A DNA stretch of 63,335 nt, filler included, from Pelomyxa schiedti (GCA_020536535.1; 10 parts of 10 records of this genome joined end to end with filler, not necessarily neighbours in it), one strand, 5' to 3'; numbered from the whole stretch's first letter, positions 12,406 to 26,728 are shown. Notes: generated by a model not told the origin, from the sequence alone. Numbers and translations are program-made.

Positions 12406-15400
12406 CTACAAAGAGGCTATTTGTGACAGTGCATCCACAATGTTATCACCCAGGGCATGGTGCTGTGTAGGGTCCTCCACCTTCTTCAGGAAAAAGGAAT
12501 CAAACTCCACACAGAGTTGCTGTGTAAGTGTGAATACTTTGTTTAACTGTGCTTTGTGTGTAGAATCCAACCTTAATTAATACTGCGGACTTCGCGGCGA
12601 TGTGGAATGAGTAAACTCCGTCGAGAATCAGGGTCTCAGTGAGATGGTCAATCTCAAAGTTCCCAGAGGAAAATAGTAGAAGCGTGTGCGCACTCACTGG
12701 CGTCACCTCTCGCAAAAATACTTTGGATGTTTTTACCTAGGAAAGGAATTGTTTTGGTATCTTTCCATGGAGCGGGAATGAATACCTTCTCTCGGTAAAC
12801 AAGTAAGGGTGACATTATACGGTCACTGTGTGCAACACTTGTAGGGTGGATAAACTGTTGGAAAGTATGAGTAAAGTAAAGGTTGGTGTTTGCTTGCTTA
12901 CCACTTCTCCATCAGATACCGTGAAACACCTAATTCCGGTGGTAGGGCTTACGTCGTTGATAATATCTGCTTTAGATTGACGAGGCTGTTTAACGAATGC
13001 AATATTCGGGTACAGACCACCGCATATTATTCCCTGAAGATGGTTGATGTTGAGCAGAATTTTGGCAGTACCTTGATAAGGTTTTCGTTCAGCGAATTGG
13101 CATTTGCTGCTGCATTTCCAATTTCAAATAGTGCCGCTCTTGGGTCCAGAGATGGAGGCGCCTTGGCTTCATCAATAAATCCTATCTCTGCAAGAAGTTG
13201 GGCAAACTGCCTGTTTCAAATAACTCGACTGTTGCAAGAAAAAGTTGAGAGGCATACGATTTGATGTCTCGGATCATTTCTAATGAAGCCTCTGACAAGT
13301 AATTCGTTGTACAGAAGTGTTTGTTGGTTTTGGATCTGCAAGCTGCCACCCAAGCCCTGTGATTGACCGGCATTTAATTGAAGCTTGTGTCAAAATGTAG
13401 CAGCGTACTTGTAGACAGTTAAGAACGCCAGGTGATCACTCTGAGTTGTTCCCGCAAAGCTCCTTTTTGCCCGGTCAATTTCCATCTTTCTCTCCACTGG
13501 ACCTGAAAATGGAGACTTGTGACTCAAGGTCGCGGCAATCGTGAGTATTGGATCAATGCAGCGCATAACAGATGCGAATATTATCATTTTCCCGATGTGG
13601 ATATCCACGGGCAGGGAGGCAAGGTGAAAGCCAAGAGGGGTGAGGTGGTGGGTCCTGGATGTTTTTCTTTTAGATTAAGAACACAATTTTGCTCATCAAA
13701 CCCATCAATTGCAGAAATCTGCTTTAGAGCATCAAGGGCGCTAAGGTGTGTAAATTTTGAAAACAAAATGGTATGCGCACCTTGTAACCACAGATTGTGG
13801 AGGTGGATCCAGGGCTCGCGAAAAAAATCCTTCCACATCTTCCATCCCAACAAGCCTGTGCATCTATGAGTACCCAATAGTTTCAGAATTGAGAAGTACT
13901 TCAATTGTAGAACAGTTTCTTCCAGCGGAGTTCTCTTGATCTCTGGAACCTGTAATCCATAAGAGATAACAGAGAAATTAACTGCCGTACTTGAAATGGA
14001 GAAAAGCGCTTGTATCGTCTTTTAGTGAACAGTTTGAAGCAAAAGCCGGGTTTTGTCCTTCCGGCTCTTCCTCTTCTCTGCTTGGCGGAAGCAGATGATA
14101 CCCAAGTTTGAACAAGCATTTCCATCTGATTCACAGCATCGTACCTGAGAAGAATGAATTGCACTCCAGCTTGAAACCTTGATACTGAGTTTCTTTCACT
14201 AGACCACTGTCAATCACAAAGACAACATCGTCGACAGTTATGGACGTCTCGGCAATATTAGTGGCAAGTATTACCTGGTGGATTGAGTGGGAAAGGAGTC
14301 ATTCATGGGAAATACTCGTACCTTCCTTGTTCCGGTTGGCGTGTGTCCGAATATTTCTCTTTGTGCCTCACTGGACAAAGAAGAATGCAGAGGGTACACC
14401 ACAAAGTGGCCAGGGGCAGTATACTTTTTTATAGCCTCGAATACAGTGGAAATCTCAGCCATACCAGGGAGGAATACCAGTACAGCCCCATCTCCCATAG
14501 AATCCACGACTTGTAACAGGCCGACAATTAAATCAGGATTTATCTGTTGAAGATTTATTTTTCAAAATTTTTTTTTTGTGATTTGAACCTTCGATTCATT
14601 TATGATGCCAAGGGATGCTACTGTTGCGGGTGAGTAACCGGGGTAATACTTTTGTAAAGAAAGAGCCTCCTCCTCTATGTGTTTGACAAATTCTGAGTCG
14701 TCAAGGGACTCCTCTTGAACTCTAGATGAGACCAAAGACAACTAGGAATGAGTGTACCATATCTATCTGGTTTCTTCCGTTTTGCATAAGGGGACTCTTC
14801 TTCAATCACGTAATGTGTCATATCCAGAACATCTTCCAGGAAATAATCTTTCACTGGGTGACAAAACCCAGGAACCTTAATGACAGCACAATTGTGTCCA
14901 AAATAACCTTGGATCAATTAATATGAAAAAATGAGGTGGAAAGTGCTGTACTGGAAAAGGCATCAGCATTTATCGTGGCACTCATCAGCACAACTTTTAA
15001 GTCTCGACGCTGAGCGATAAGATCTTTCAGGATGACGAGTGCACAGTCAGAGTCAACTGATCTTTCATGAACCTCATCACAAACGACACAGGACACATCA
15101 CTTAGGTGTGGATTTGTCTATTTGGGACCATTAACCAAAAAGAAAAAAAGGGAAATAGACAATCTCACTTGCAATCTTCGCAACAGTACACCAAGAGTGC
15201 AAAATAGAAGCCGGGTTACATTGCTACATTTACTTTCCAACCGGATTTGCCACCCAACCATTGTTCCTATGGGTTGCCCCATTTCTGAGGCCACCCTCTC
15301 AGCAACGCTTTTTCCAAGTTGAGTCAGGTGCAAGGAGGCAATTGGAAATACCTTATTGTGCTAATACGGCGGGGTTGGGTGCATATAATATTTGTTGAAC

Positions 15401-17459
15401 TGCCTCTTCCCAGTAAAATTTCATGCTCCAACAAGAAATGTGGGACTTGGGTGGTTTTTCCGCAACCTAATATCCATAAATGAAGCTGTGAATGGTTACC
15501 ACAGGAAATACCAGTTTCCCCACAAATCAAAACAACTTGGGCGCCCTCAAAGGCACTAATAACTTGGTTTTTGGCAGTGTAAATAGGAAGGGTTTCTCGG
15601 TGACTTTGGTGAGTAAGGCACTGTCAATCAACTGGACCTACATACCGCAACATATCTTGGTATTCTTTTCCTTGGCATACCACTTGCCACTCCAATAAAA
15701 GTTGCTCACTGTCCCCGGAGGACGAAAGAGATTCGTGGCTGATGCGCGATCTCATCTTGGCAAACAGTTCTTGGCGTTTGAGCAATTCCTCTTGAACTTT
15801 GGATACACTGGAACCTGACGTTGCTGGCTTGGCGGGAAGAACAACTTCTGTTTAGAATCCCTTCAGAAATTTCCCACAAAATAATAACCATACTGTTGAG
15901 TGAGGCAATAATTTGAGGGTCTAGTGATGTCTCAAGAACTCTCTGTTCCGCTTTTCTCATCTCTGCTTCGTCCACAACCCCTCCATCATCCTGTTTCAGT
16001 AGTAATTTGAGGTATTCAATTCTGCTTTGTTTTTCTGCCTCTTCAGCTTCTACCTAACGCGTGTGAGATATGTTTTCGGGATAAGGGGCTCACCCTTTTT
16101 TTCGTTTCCTCAACAGCAGCGAAAGTTCGTCGGATAGCTGCACTGTCAGTATCGTTTTGTTGCAATGGAGGTGATTTTGTAGGTGCCGAACGTAGTGGGG
16201 TCTCTGTTTTCGGACTGACAGGAATGAATTAATGATGGTGAGCTACAGGATTGTACCTCTTTTTCAGACCAGTCAGAATCCTTGGAAGAGATTCCTTATC
16301 ATGCAATGAGAAAATTGTAACAGTATTTACTCACTTCAATCCAGGTAAAGACTTCATAAATGCAAGGTGCAGCTTGGATACTCTCTGCTGTTTGATGCTC
16401 TTTCCACACTTCAATACATCTTTGGTTGATGGTTTTAATAAGTTCTGTTGCTCAATAAGCAATAAGAATGCATAAAATAAGACCAACCAAACTTCACGTG
16501 TGGGAGTAAACTTTGCCCTTGAAAAGCACAGCAAAGTGGCTCAAAAGGATACAAACAACAAGGCGGGATAAGAACCTAAAGCTCAAGGATAAGAATATTG
16601 TAGCATCATCTTGAACGCCGCACCTCCAAGTTGAACGAGCACGTTCCCAGTTGCTGAATAGCACTGTCGAATTTGATTGTATACTTGTACGGTGACTCGT
16701 TCTGGTTAATTGTTGATGTCTTTGACTTTTTTTCTCCTTACAGGGAAGAAGCTCTACCTTGAAACTTTCAGAAAGGATGCTCTCCAGAGCACATAGCTAG
16801 GGAATGTGTTAATTCTAGTTAAGACTATGAGCATACCAAGTTACCTCAATTTGTAACTGTTCTTGTGCCTCAGTCTTGGGAATGCCGGAAGTTGCGCACT
16901 TTGACCTGTCTTGGGAGTGGATTCCACACACTAATGTGTATAACGACAAGTCAACATCCCAGGAGAATGCTTCCAGCTGGGCTTGAGCTTCTTGCTTAGT
17001 GAAACCATAGCCCGTGATACTGTTGGTAAGAGCATTTCGCATGAGTGTTACAGAGTTATCAACAGTCGTGGGGACAACTTCAATGCGACTGGAAGTCTTA
17101 AAGGCAGGAGGCAGAAAGTCTGCAATAGCATTAGAGTGTTGATTCGTACTGGAAGAAACCTTCTGTTACATTGAGGCACAACCAATCCAGAGCCATTGAC
17201 CGCTTTGTAACTGCACCACGTTTGACCAGTTTTTGAGTTTGTTGCTCTTGTGTACTGCTTCGCTGAAGTGCAGACATAACGTGTGCTCTAAAGGGTGTGG
17301 AAGAACTGTGAGCACGAGCTTACTGAGAGGATGATCACTCAACTCCAAAAAGCCAAGCTTGAGCAGCTCATCTCTTAGTGCGGTATCTTCTTCGGTATCT
17401 GGTGCATTTGCTTCTCCATGGGGGTGTTGCGATTGATGTGGAGTGTTGGAGCCACTCGT
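12406..17459 (-). CDS. DExH-box RNA helicase, DHX57/DHX36-like, 5'-partial
   Basis: GETG|[56 protein letters not shown]2 region; N-terminal UBA-like (LLKLGF; [13 protein letters not shown]) and RWD-like segments; many short introns. Confidence 0.9.
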
Positions 17460-17559
17460 NNNNNNNNNNNNNNNNNNNNNNNNNNNNNNNNNNNNNNNNN
17501 NNNTTAATTAATTAANNNNNNNNNNNNNNNNNNNNNNNNNNNNNNNNNNNNNNNNNNNN
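17460..17559. other. Artificial contig spacer
   Basis: N44-TTAATTAATTAA-N44. Confidence 0.97.
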
Positions 17560-17837
<278 letters not shown>

Positions 17838-18277
17838 ATGCACTCAGAAACACTTCAGACAACAACCCTGAGAGACAGACCACAGAGCTTCATAGGGCGA
17901 AATGCGGGAAGTGCTAGGAGTCTTGTTGAATGTGGTAAGCACAGGGCTCTATCCCCCCTCCTCTCGTTTCGGGTTGTGCCACTGGTTTGGCCAACCTGGG
18001 ACCAGATCGAGTTGGGGGGAAAAGGAAACCCTATTACCTGCCAAGACACACTCCTTTCCGCGTCCTTTGGGGCTTTGGCTGTCTCTTAGTTGTTGGCACA
18101 GAAGAGAAAGAATAAATCACTGTTCTTTTGTTAAACGGTCTCTTTACTTTGTTTCAGGCTTAATGAGGTTCAAGTTGGGGATCACCGTCAAACTACGTGT
18201 GGTTTTGTGTAAAAATCCTTTGGTGAGTTACACGCTTGATGGGAAACGCCGGATTAAAGTGTCAGTCAGTTCCAACA

Positions 18278-19431
18278 TCAACAACTTAGGGGATTTTTTA
18301 CTGCTTCCTTTACTTTTCTGTGTCCCGCTGTGCTGTGTTGGATGTGCACATCCGATACTACGAGTACAGCGCTGTTTGTTGAAAGTCCGACACATCCTTT
18401 GGTTTTGTGAAAGAAAACTGAAGATTTGAGAGAACAGGGCAATTCCTCAACATCCATTAATGAACGTTCAAAACCCAAGTATCTGACAATCTTTGCTGTG
18501 TATGTATCGTCAGAATTCTGGTTCAAAACCAGAACTAATATTCATGTATAGTCTATTCTCCAATTCAGCCTCATTGACGTTTGTGTCTAGACAACCGGAA
18601 AAATTAGACATGAAAAAGGAAAGGAGGATGAAGGCCAACAATAACACTGTTACGTGCCCATAAGCAAAAATCGAGTCCGGGCCCGGTTCAGCTACATAGC
18701 TTAGGCAGAACCGGTGGAGGGAAGACTGTGAACTGTTGCCAAAAGGGATCAAAAAAAAGAAAAAAAAAAATAGAACCGGTATATTACCCTTTCCATGGCC
18801 AACATCACGACACAATGTCTAAGGTTCCGACGTCCACGTCTTAGAAGACAGCAGTAGAGAGTGACAGTATCCCACTCGTGTCAGTAAAGGTTTGTGTCAC
18901 AGTGTTCCCTCGTGCATGTTTATTCGGAACTGTTGACGTCAGTTCGTTAACGAATGCTTTGGGGCAGTTCGGGCTGCAACATGGGTGAAGCGCCTCACTG
19001 TCATACTCCCAATCCCAGTCCGGATCACAGGGGCTCCAGAAGTACTGGGTTTGTAGGCAACTCCTTATGTGAGCCAGGGCTGTCTACTGTAGGTTTAAGG
19101 GGTGTACTTCCGTCAAAAACTTGGCACCCACGGAACGACTCCATGCTCTCCGCAAAAAACAAAAGTATCGCACAACAAGCGCTGCTCAAACCGCTGAGGG
19201 CATGAAAATGCCAGTTGCAACGACGAATGTCACAGGCAGTCCTTGATCCCATTTGGTACTGCGAAGCGCCCTACGACCACCACGACCACACCTCGCCAGG
19301 CGAGTAGCCAAAGTAAAATCGGCTTCTTGTAACCGCAACCCCAAGTTAAAAAAAATAAGTTCTGTCCGATCTACAAACGACGGTATTTTGAACGTTTCTG
19401 TGCAATCCCGCCCCTTGGCGCCACACACCAC
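18278..19431 (-). CDS. Hypothetical multi-exon gene
   Basis: Several short protein-like frames bounded by GT..pyrimidine-tract..AG introns; no coherent model or family. Confidence 0.25.
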
Positions 19432-19875
19432 TAAAAAAGATGCGACACTCTGGTGATGTGGTTGTGGTTACAAAGGAAGTGGTAGTACGAAACGTGGCTC
19501 AGTCAAGTCCAGAGCTGTACAATGCACCCAATAATGGCTCGTGACGTGGACCCCGAGTCGGTCTCAGAAAAAAACCGCTGCGGCGTTACTTAAAGGCGAA
19601 CAACGAATCAAACGAAGAAAAAACACAAAACAAAAGAAAACAAAAACCAAGCAAAGCACAAACAAGAAACCGACATCGTAATTCGACATGCCGAAGGAAG
19701 TCGCATTAACCAAACAACCGACAACAGAAGGCAAGAAGAAACGCATAAGGTTTTCCTCTTTTTTTTTTTTTTTTTTTTTTTCCCTCGTATGCTCAACACG
19801 TAATGTCTCTTTTTTTTTCTCCCTTACACCAGGGTCCGAAGCAAAAACTACCGTAAGCCAAGTATTACGGACCAA

Positions 19876-20882
19876 ATGATCCTGCTTAACTGCGTACGCT
19901 GCAACACGCGACTGACGGCTAAAGTCGGCGCCAACTGGGAGCAGTACATAAAAATTCCGGACCATGTACTTTGTAACGCTGGAGTTACGGTGGAGCCTGT
20001 AGAAACGGATCTGTCTTTCTCCACGTACTACACATCCGCAGAAAATGGCGGGATGAAGACCCTCGCTTTTAGTTCTGCTCCAAACCCTGGTGTTCCACAG
20101 CTTCCCCTTCAGAAGGGTTCCTTCTTGGAAATTTCTGGTATCGCATTATTCTTCTTTTCTTTGACTTACGTAGATTTAGACACAGACCAAGGACCTGGCG
20201 GACAGTTTTGTTTCGTCAATATAACGAAACGTAATAACAAAGCAGTGTTTGAAGGGAATTTGAAGTTGAGAATTGTTGTGAAGACCGCAGAAGGATGTAT
20301 TTCGACTCCATATGTGCTTGGTATTTATTGTTAGGCTAGATTCATTTCTGATCCAATCTCCTAGGTACGGCACCTGTATCCAGTACCACGAGTACTCAGA
20401 TTACACACAGCAACGGTCCATCCGTTTCTTCTCCTCCTTCAGCACCTTCCCCCAGTGCGAAATCACTCTCTCCACCTGATGGGTTGCCAACATCCTCTGA
20501 GGAAATTCTACAACCTCTACCTGGTACCCAAGCTGTTGAGACATACCCGGAAGTTCTAAATTCCGAGGTTTCTCAGGAAGCCCCAGATTATAGTGCAAAT
20601 GTGACACCCCTACCACTTCCTTATTTCCAAAGCCCAGACCAAGGCCATCCTGCACTTGAATCCAACTCGGAGTATCCACCACAAGGAGGAAATGACCAGC
20701 TTTCCCTGGCACAAACTCCCGAGTTCCTTGCGGTTTCTCAGTCATTTGGGGAGCCTGCAGGCTATGATCCAGTCTGGGACTTTGTGCTTGAGTACCCTGA
20801 ACGATTCCTCTCTATGTATTACCCTACCCCCACTGACAGCTCATGCACCCTTGCTTCCTTTTTCCCCAACTCCACCGTCTGA
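19876..20882 (+). CDS. Hypothetical protein with a Pro/Ser-rich C-terminal half
   Basis: MILLNCVRCNTRL.. exon, short introns near 20138-20173 and 20312-20365, long Pro/Ser-rich exon ending FFPNSTV*. Confidence 0.55.
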
Positions 20883-21009
20883 GTTGATCCCCATTGTTGT
20901 TATCTTAGTTTTATTAAACCAAATTATTCTGTACAAGACTGAGAGTCTTGCACACAAAGATATCCTTCTTTGAGACAAGGAAAAAAAACCAAACAAAAAA
21001 AATCTGAAG

Positions 21010-21783
21010 ATGCTGAAAGGTGCATACGACGTACTTCAAATTTGTTTGTTTTTGCCTCTGTATCCACTGTGGCACTTCATTGGTACCCGAGAGACTGCGT
21101 CCCATAACAGCGATGCGGCGTCCTCCAAGGTCAACACCCTGCTGTGCTCAGTAATCTTCTGGGCCTATTTCGCCGGCAACGTGCTCGCCGCGTGGACTGC
21201 CAGCGCATTCCTCATGGTACCCGTGGCTGCGTACCTGGCCCTGGCCTCGCCTCGCATGAGCCACTTCCGCCTCTCGTTCTTCTCCGGCCTCGCGGCCCTG
21301 GTCCTCCTCAACCTCGTGCTGCCCTCCCGCACCGCCCACTTCGCCGCCGCCCTGGCCCTCCTTGCCGCCTGCGCGGGGGCCTCCCTGTTCTTCCTGGCGC
21401 AGCAGGGCCTCCGCGAACTCCCGCGCCTCGCGGTCCTGCTGGCCGTGTGCGGCTGCGCCTGCCGCCTGGCCCTGGCCCTTCCCTCCCTCATGCACCTCGT
21501 CGGCCTCTCGCTCCTCTGCGTGCCCAGGACCCTGGACTGGTGGCGCAAGGCCAGGCACGTGCTGTCCTCCCCCCAGGTCCCGGACCTCAACAGGGTCATT
21601 TTGAGCGTGGAGCGGGTCGATGCGGCGGCCCCTATCACGGCTCTGGGATACGCCCTGGTGGCTAGCTCGCTGATGGTGCAGCCGTCGATCTTGTCTTTCA
21701 CTTTTCCCAGTGTGTGCCTGACAACCTTTACTGTGACTCTAGTGGTTCCTTTGGCGTTGGCATTTATGTTTGCGCCGTATTGA
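21010..21783 (+). CDS. Multi-pass membrane protein, unknown family
   Basis: 257-aa ORF with about 6-8 hydrophobic segments; GC-rich codon usage. Confidence 0.6.
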   Translation: MLKGAYDVLQICLFLPLYPLWHFIGTRETASHNSDAASSKVNTLLCSVIFWAYFAGNVLAAWTASAFLMVPVAAYLALASPRMSHFRLSFFSGLAALVLLNLVLPSRTAHFAAALALLAACAGASLFFLAQQGLRELPRLAVLLAVCGCACRLALALPSLMHLVGLSLLCVPRTLDWWRKARHVLSSPQVPDLNRVILSVERVDAAAPITALGYALVASSLMVQPSILSFTFPSVCLTTFTVTLVVPLALAFMFAPY

Positions 21784-21911
21784 CATGTAAAAGTTATGGG
21801 CTTTGTTTGGGAGAAACCAACAGCCAAATATACATTTTTACATCAGCTTAATTTTACTTCATTTTAGAATATCGCTGGTACAGTTAAGGGCTTGGCTTTT
21901 TTGAGGGTGGA

Positions 21912-23617
21912 CTATGGTGATTGCAATGGTTCCTCAGAAACTTCATACACCTGAACCTTTGCCTCTCTCCCACGAATGGCAATGTCGCCTTTGGAATGAA
22001 TGCTGAACCGGCCCACAACACACTTGTAGGCACTCTCTGAAATGAGAAGTTTGGTCCCGAACTCTTTGTTGAGCTGCTCCAACCTTGCTGAGTGGGTTGT
22101 GAGTGAATGACGCATTTGTTTGGAACTGTACCGGCAACATTGACAGTATCACCAAGGACCGTGTAGTCAAACCTATCTGGTGATCCAAAGTTCCCCACCA
22201 ATACAGCCCCGGTGTTTATTCCTGCCCGGAACTGAAGTTCGGGGAGACCCTGAAAATTTTCAGTTTTCTGTATGTGGATTTGAGGGGACATATATTAACC
22301 TTGGCAACATTTTCTTTGTTGAGTTCGTCCAGTTCCTTGTAGCACCTGAGAACTGCATTTATTGCCTTGAATGTATGGTCCTCACATGCGTGGGGATGAT
22401 TCCAGAACGACATGATACAATCCTATTAACATTTCAGCGTAAACATATGAATGAGCTGTGCAATGTATACCCCAATGAACTTATCTACTGTTGCACCTTC
22501 CGAAATAAGCACTTGGCACATTCTTTGCATGAACACACTGAGGAGGGTAACCAAAGTACTTGGTGCTAGTTTCTGTACCAATCAGTAAGGAGTTTTAAAT
22601 TGAGATTAATACCTCACACAAGCTGGTGAACCCAACTACATCCATGAAAACAATCTTTCTTTGTTGAGTCAGGGAAAAAAAGCTGGAAGTACATACAGTG
22701 ACAGTGTGCCTTTCAAGGTAAAGCGATGACATTTTATTGTCACCTTCCAGGAGTTGACGAACCACACTTGCTGAGACATACCTGTCGACAGTATTAAACT
22801 GACTAACAGACTGCAAGCAACACCCACCTGCTAAAAGCATGGATTCCTTGCTTCATCGCCATGTAATCCCGGAGCATGGAACGCAGCTCTGTGAAGAAGC
22901 CGGCGGTTCTTCCAAGGGGCTTGAACCTCAGCTTTGACAGGTTCCGCATATCTGATAACAGGTTGAGATAAAGAAGATGTCGAGTGTGGTGGCTTACCCC
23001 TTGCAAGGTTTCGCAAAGGCAGAATGAGAAACACTGACAAGCACACCGCCATTACGAGGCTGATCACCACACTGCACACAAACACAATGACGGTGACCCT
23101 TTTCCCCCCCTCAATGGTCTTCATCATTTCAGAGCTCGGAATAGCCGCATATCCACACCAGACCCGCTGTCCAGCCTCAACATCTGAAAAACCGAAAACA
23201 AAAAAAAATCCAATCAAAAAAAGGAATTCAAAACGAAAAGAGACTCTTTTGACATACGAGCTATTGCTACCGTGTAGGTGCTCTCGTTCACTTGCACATG
23301 GAATTGTGTAGATTCGGGCACATTTGCACATCCGCCCCGTGCATCAATTTCACGTGCTATTGTGGAAATGACAGAGTTGTCACTACTATTGGCAAGCAGC
23401 GGTGCGTCGCGGAGTGCTTGAATCAGATTTAGATAGCTTGAAGGAAGAGCGAAAGGCTAAAAGGTACTTATGGAATTGACAGTCACGACTGTGCCGTTGG
23501 AGGCTCCAAGTAGAAATCCCTCTTGTGTTGTGACATAAATTACGTTCTTTCCTGCTGCAATCTATTTTAATTGATCTTAGGATTCAGGAGACGTTAACTG
23601 AATTAATACCTCACGTA
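21912..23617 (-). CDS. Membrane-anchored HAMP / class III adenylate cyclase, 5'-partial
   Basis: TM (VTVIVFVCSVVISLVMAVCLSVFLI), HAMP (LPLRNLARG..MKQGIHAFSRYV), FMDVVGFT, VDKFIG|DCIMSFWN, GINTG, FGSPDRFDYTVLGDTVNVA|ARLE. Confidence 0.9.
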
Positions 23618-23717
23618 NNNNNNNNNNNNNNNNNNNNNNNNNNNNNNNNNNNNNNNNNNNNTTAATTAATTAANNNNNNNNNNNNNNNNNNNNNNNNNNN
23701 NNNNNNNNNNNNNNNNN
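23618..23717. other. Artificial contig spacer
   Basis: N44-TTAATTAATTAA-N44. Confidence 0.97.
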
Positions 23718-23753
23718 TAAAAAAAAACAAAATAAAAACCAGTTCACACTCAC

Positions 23754-23800
23754 CCACTGTCGCCCAACAACACGACTTTTAAAAGTGCCCGTCCGGTCAT
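23754..23800 (-). CDS. First exon of a Rab-family (Rab7-like) GTPase
   Basis: MTGRALLKVVLLGDSG followed by a GTGAGT donor; the rest is lost at the contig end. Confidence 0.65.
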
Positions 23801-24146
23801 TGCGACGATTTGATTTTTTGGTTTCCTGGTCTTGGGGTCAGAAACTTCAATGAATGATGGCGTTCTTTGGGTAGTGGGTCGTGGGGGGGGTGTCGAGGGG
23901 AACGTGTGCCAATATACTGTGGATGGTGTAGTTATTCGAGGGACACTGATCCCCAGAAAACAGTCAACATTCAGCGACCACACAACCAACACCAGTTAGC
24001 CTGGTGATTCTATAGCAGTCAAGGTAAAGGATATGGTCTCATCTCTCATTCTCAGTAGTCTCTCCAGGACCTGTTCTTAGTTTTTCCAGTGTCTAAAAAA
24101 AAAAGATGAAGAAAAAAAAACTCGAGCTTGGCATCACGACGTAGAC

Positions 24147-25531
24147 ATGTGGCAGACCGGGGACGTACAATGCATCCGTGGGCTGTACGCCGTCGATCAG
24201 TGCCTTGCAATGACTACCGCCTTTCAAACACGCCGCCGCCGCATCAACAACCCCTGCCTGATCGTGACACTGCCAGAGCGGGTTGTTTGGGAGGAGATCG
24301 TTCAGAAATGGGTGCTGAAGGTGAGCAAGGTCGTGATCGTGAACTGCGTGATCCCGGGCGAAGAGCCGGCGGGCTCGGCGCCGCCCGTGATCTTCAGCCT
24401 CTCGCACACCGGTGGCTTGGTGGGCAGGCCAGTCACGGTGCGCTGGGTGGATCGCGTGATTGGGTGGATCGGGCGTGACCGCGCGCTGGTGAGGAGGCGT
24501 GGCGCGGATCGCGGGCCGACGATGAGCGTGGTCGACTCGGGGGCAAGACAGATTGGGGAGCCAGTCGAGCTGCCGTTCGAGGGAAAGTGCCAGCTGGTGG
24601 CGTGCAACGCGAGGTGGGTGGTGATGTCGCCTCCGGAGCTCGACCTTGTTGTGTGGGCTGTTGTGAACGGCGTGCCGGCAGAGCGTTGCCTCGTGCTCAA
24701 CCTGTCAAAGACCAAGGTCAATGTACTCTCACTCAGGCTGGCTCCAAGCGGCATCTACGACGAGGAATCCGACACTCTTGAGGTGGTTTTCTATGAGAAT
24801 GGCGAGGAGGGTCTTGTTCTTTGTGCATATAATGTGGACCTCAATACTGTTTGGGAGAATCGGTCTCTGACTTATTTATGAAACCCTTTTCAATTGCAAT
24901 TTGACAGAGGCAGGACTTACAACAGATCACTTGACCACTCCGCTGTTGGCTACAGCTGAAAGGAAATATTGCTTGACATACACGACTGGAATCCCCAATG
25001 CACCAAGGAACTTATTGAATCTCAGTACAGGGAGGTCTACAACGTGGCTCAACAACAGCACCGGACTTCAGGTGACTTCTGTATCCCTTCCGCACAACCA
25101 CAAAAACAGGAACCGCACAACCATGCACCACTTCTGTATATTCCCTATCATCCCTCCTCGTTCATACAACCACAAAGCAAGAAGAGCCCAAGGCCCCCGA
25201 GCCGAAGCGAGCCCGATTACAAAAAGAAAGCAAGAATGCCCCTCATCCTCGATCTTCACAACATGTGCCGGTTCCCGTAATCACTCACATTCACGCATCA
25301 CCAGAGGAAGGGCTCACAGTCATTTCCGGCTGTGGCTTGCTGATGACCAGCTCTCTGAGCCCTGATGAACCAACTGTTCTGGGAACTACGCACACCATCA
25401 CTGATGCCGTAACAGGAGCCCCAGTTGTCACACTGATTTTCCCCAGGTTGGTCTGTCCAAGGTCAATAAGGCCCTTTCCCTTCGTTGAACCAGGGAGGAC
25501 TTATGACCCATTGAATGATAATCTCCACTAG
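24147..25531 (+). pseudogene. Member of the expanded 'ARDQ-module' family, frameshifted in its 3' half
   Basis: AVDQCLAM..LPERVVWEEIVQKWVL N-terminus, ACNARWVV core motif, C-terminal DAVTG motif; homologous segments are spread over three frames. Confidence 0.55.
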
Positions 25532-26264
25532 TTGGAACAGAAAAGGAAACTTTGGGTTTTGTTTTTAAGGTCTTTCTGGTGTGACGGGTGATTGGTTGGA
25601 TAGTATTATGTGGAATGTCACTGTTCAGTTACCTCCATAGCTAGGTTACTGGAGACATCGTTAAACACAGACCACATAATCTCCACACATATTTGGAATG
25701 CGGAGCATCTGTGTGAGTCAGGAGGAGCCATTCCAAATAAACTGGTTCCTTTTGGGATTGTTAAACTTTCGATATACTCATCAATAGACGTGGTACTACA
25801 CAAAGAGCACTGGTTTCGACGTACGGAAAGGTATCTGCCGGTAAGGTATGGTATTTAATGTAGCGTAATGGCAATTGCACTTTGACACCAATCCCCTGCT
25901 TTGGCACCTGGCATTTTGACCATGTCATAAATCAAAAAAATCAAGATCTTACAAACGTCATCATGTGGTTGTGCAACAATGTCACCGTGCAAAGGCCACT
26001 GGAGCTGCTGCATGCAGTTTCTCAGTTCGTGGCGTAATGCCTCCGCAAAGTTGTCGGAAAAGTGTCGGGCTGCAACTGGTGGTGTTGGCCAGATTTGGGG
26101 TCAAACCAACTCTACCCAAAAAACACAAGAAAATTCTGGATCTGGTCCGGATGGTGTCAAAATCGTGTCAAACCAGGGGGAGAAGGTAGTACACAGCTGT
26201 GAACAGTGTTTCCCTTGGTTCCCAGTGAAAAAGGAGGCACTGGGACTGAGGAAACCCAAAAAGT

Positions 26265-26509
26265 GAAATTCCACAAGGGGTAATCTCTTCTCTGGTGAAA
26301 CAAGACCATACATTTCAGAAAGAGAAGATTGAAGATGTGCACAAATTGATTGAAGGTGTGCTCAGGGCAGCTGCTCATTGGTCATATGAAAGCAGCTGAA
26401 AAAAAGCTGTTGTTTCATGCTTGTGTCACTGAAGAGCAGAGTTCTGAGTTGTTGCATAAAATGTATGGTCTTGTTTCACCAGAGAATAGATTACCTCTTG
26501 TGGAATTCC
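26265..26509. repeat. 51-bp inverted repeat, arms 26265-26315 and 26459-26509
   Basis: 3 mismatches in 51 bp, 143-bp spacer; both arms read MYGLVSPE[KN]RLPLVEF on opposite strands. Confidence 0.9.
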
Positions 26510-26728
26510 AATTTCCCCCACCAAAACATACAGTTCCTATTGCTGTGTTGGATTTGACTGCCACAGCACCTCAGCCAAAACGACCCCAAAAGCGTTAAAA
26601 CCTTGGCTCCGGACCACATGTTAGTAACAGATTTCGCAGAATGGTACAATCTACAGTGTTGTGTCAAAAAATCGAGATTGTCACATCGTTGTGTCAAAAA
26701 CCAAGAAATTGGAGTTATTTGACCCCCA

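Noticed and set aside
21144-21827. Multiple long overlapping ORFs in GC-rich blocks (also 41511-41968 and 44804-45673)
   Set aside because: Shadow ORFs caused by stop-poor GC-rich codon usage; only one frame has coherent protein features.
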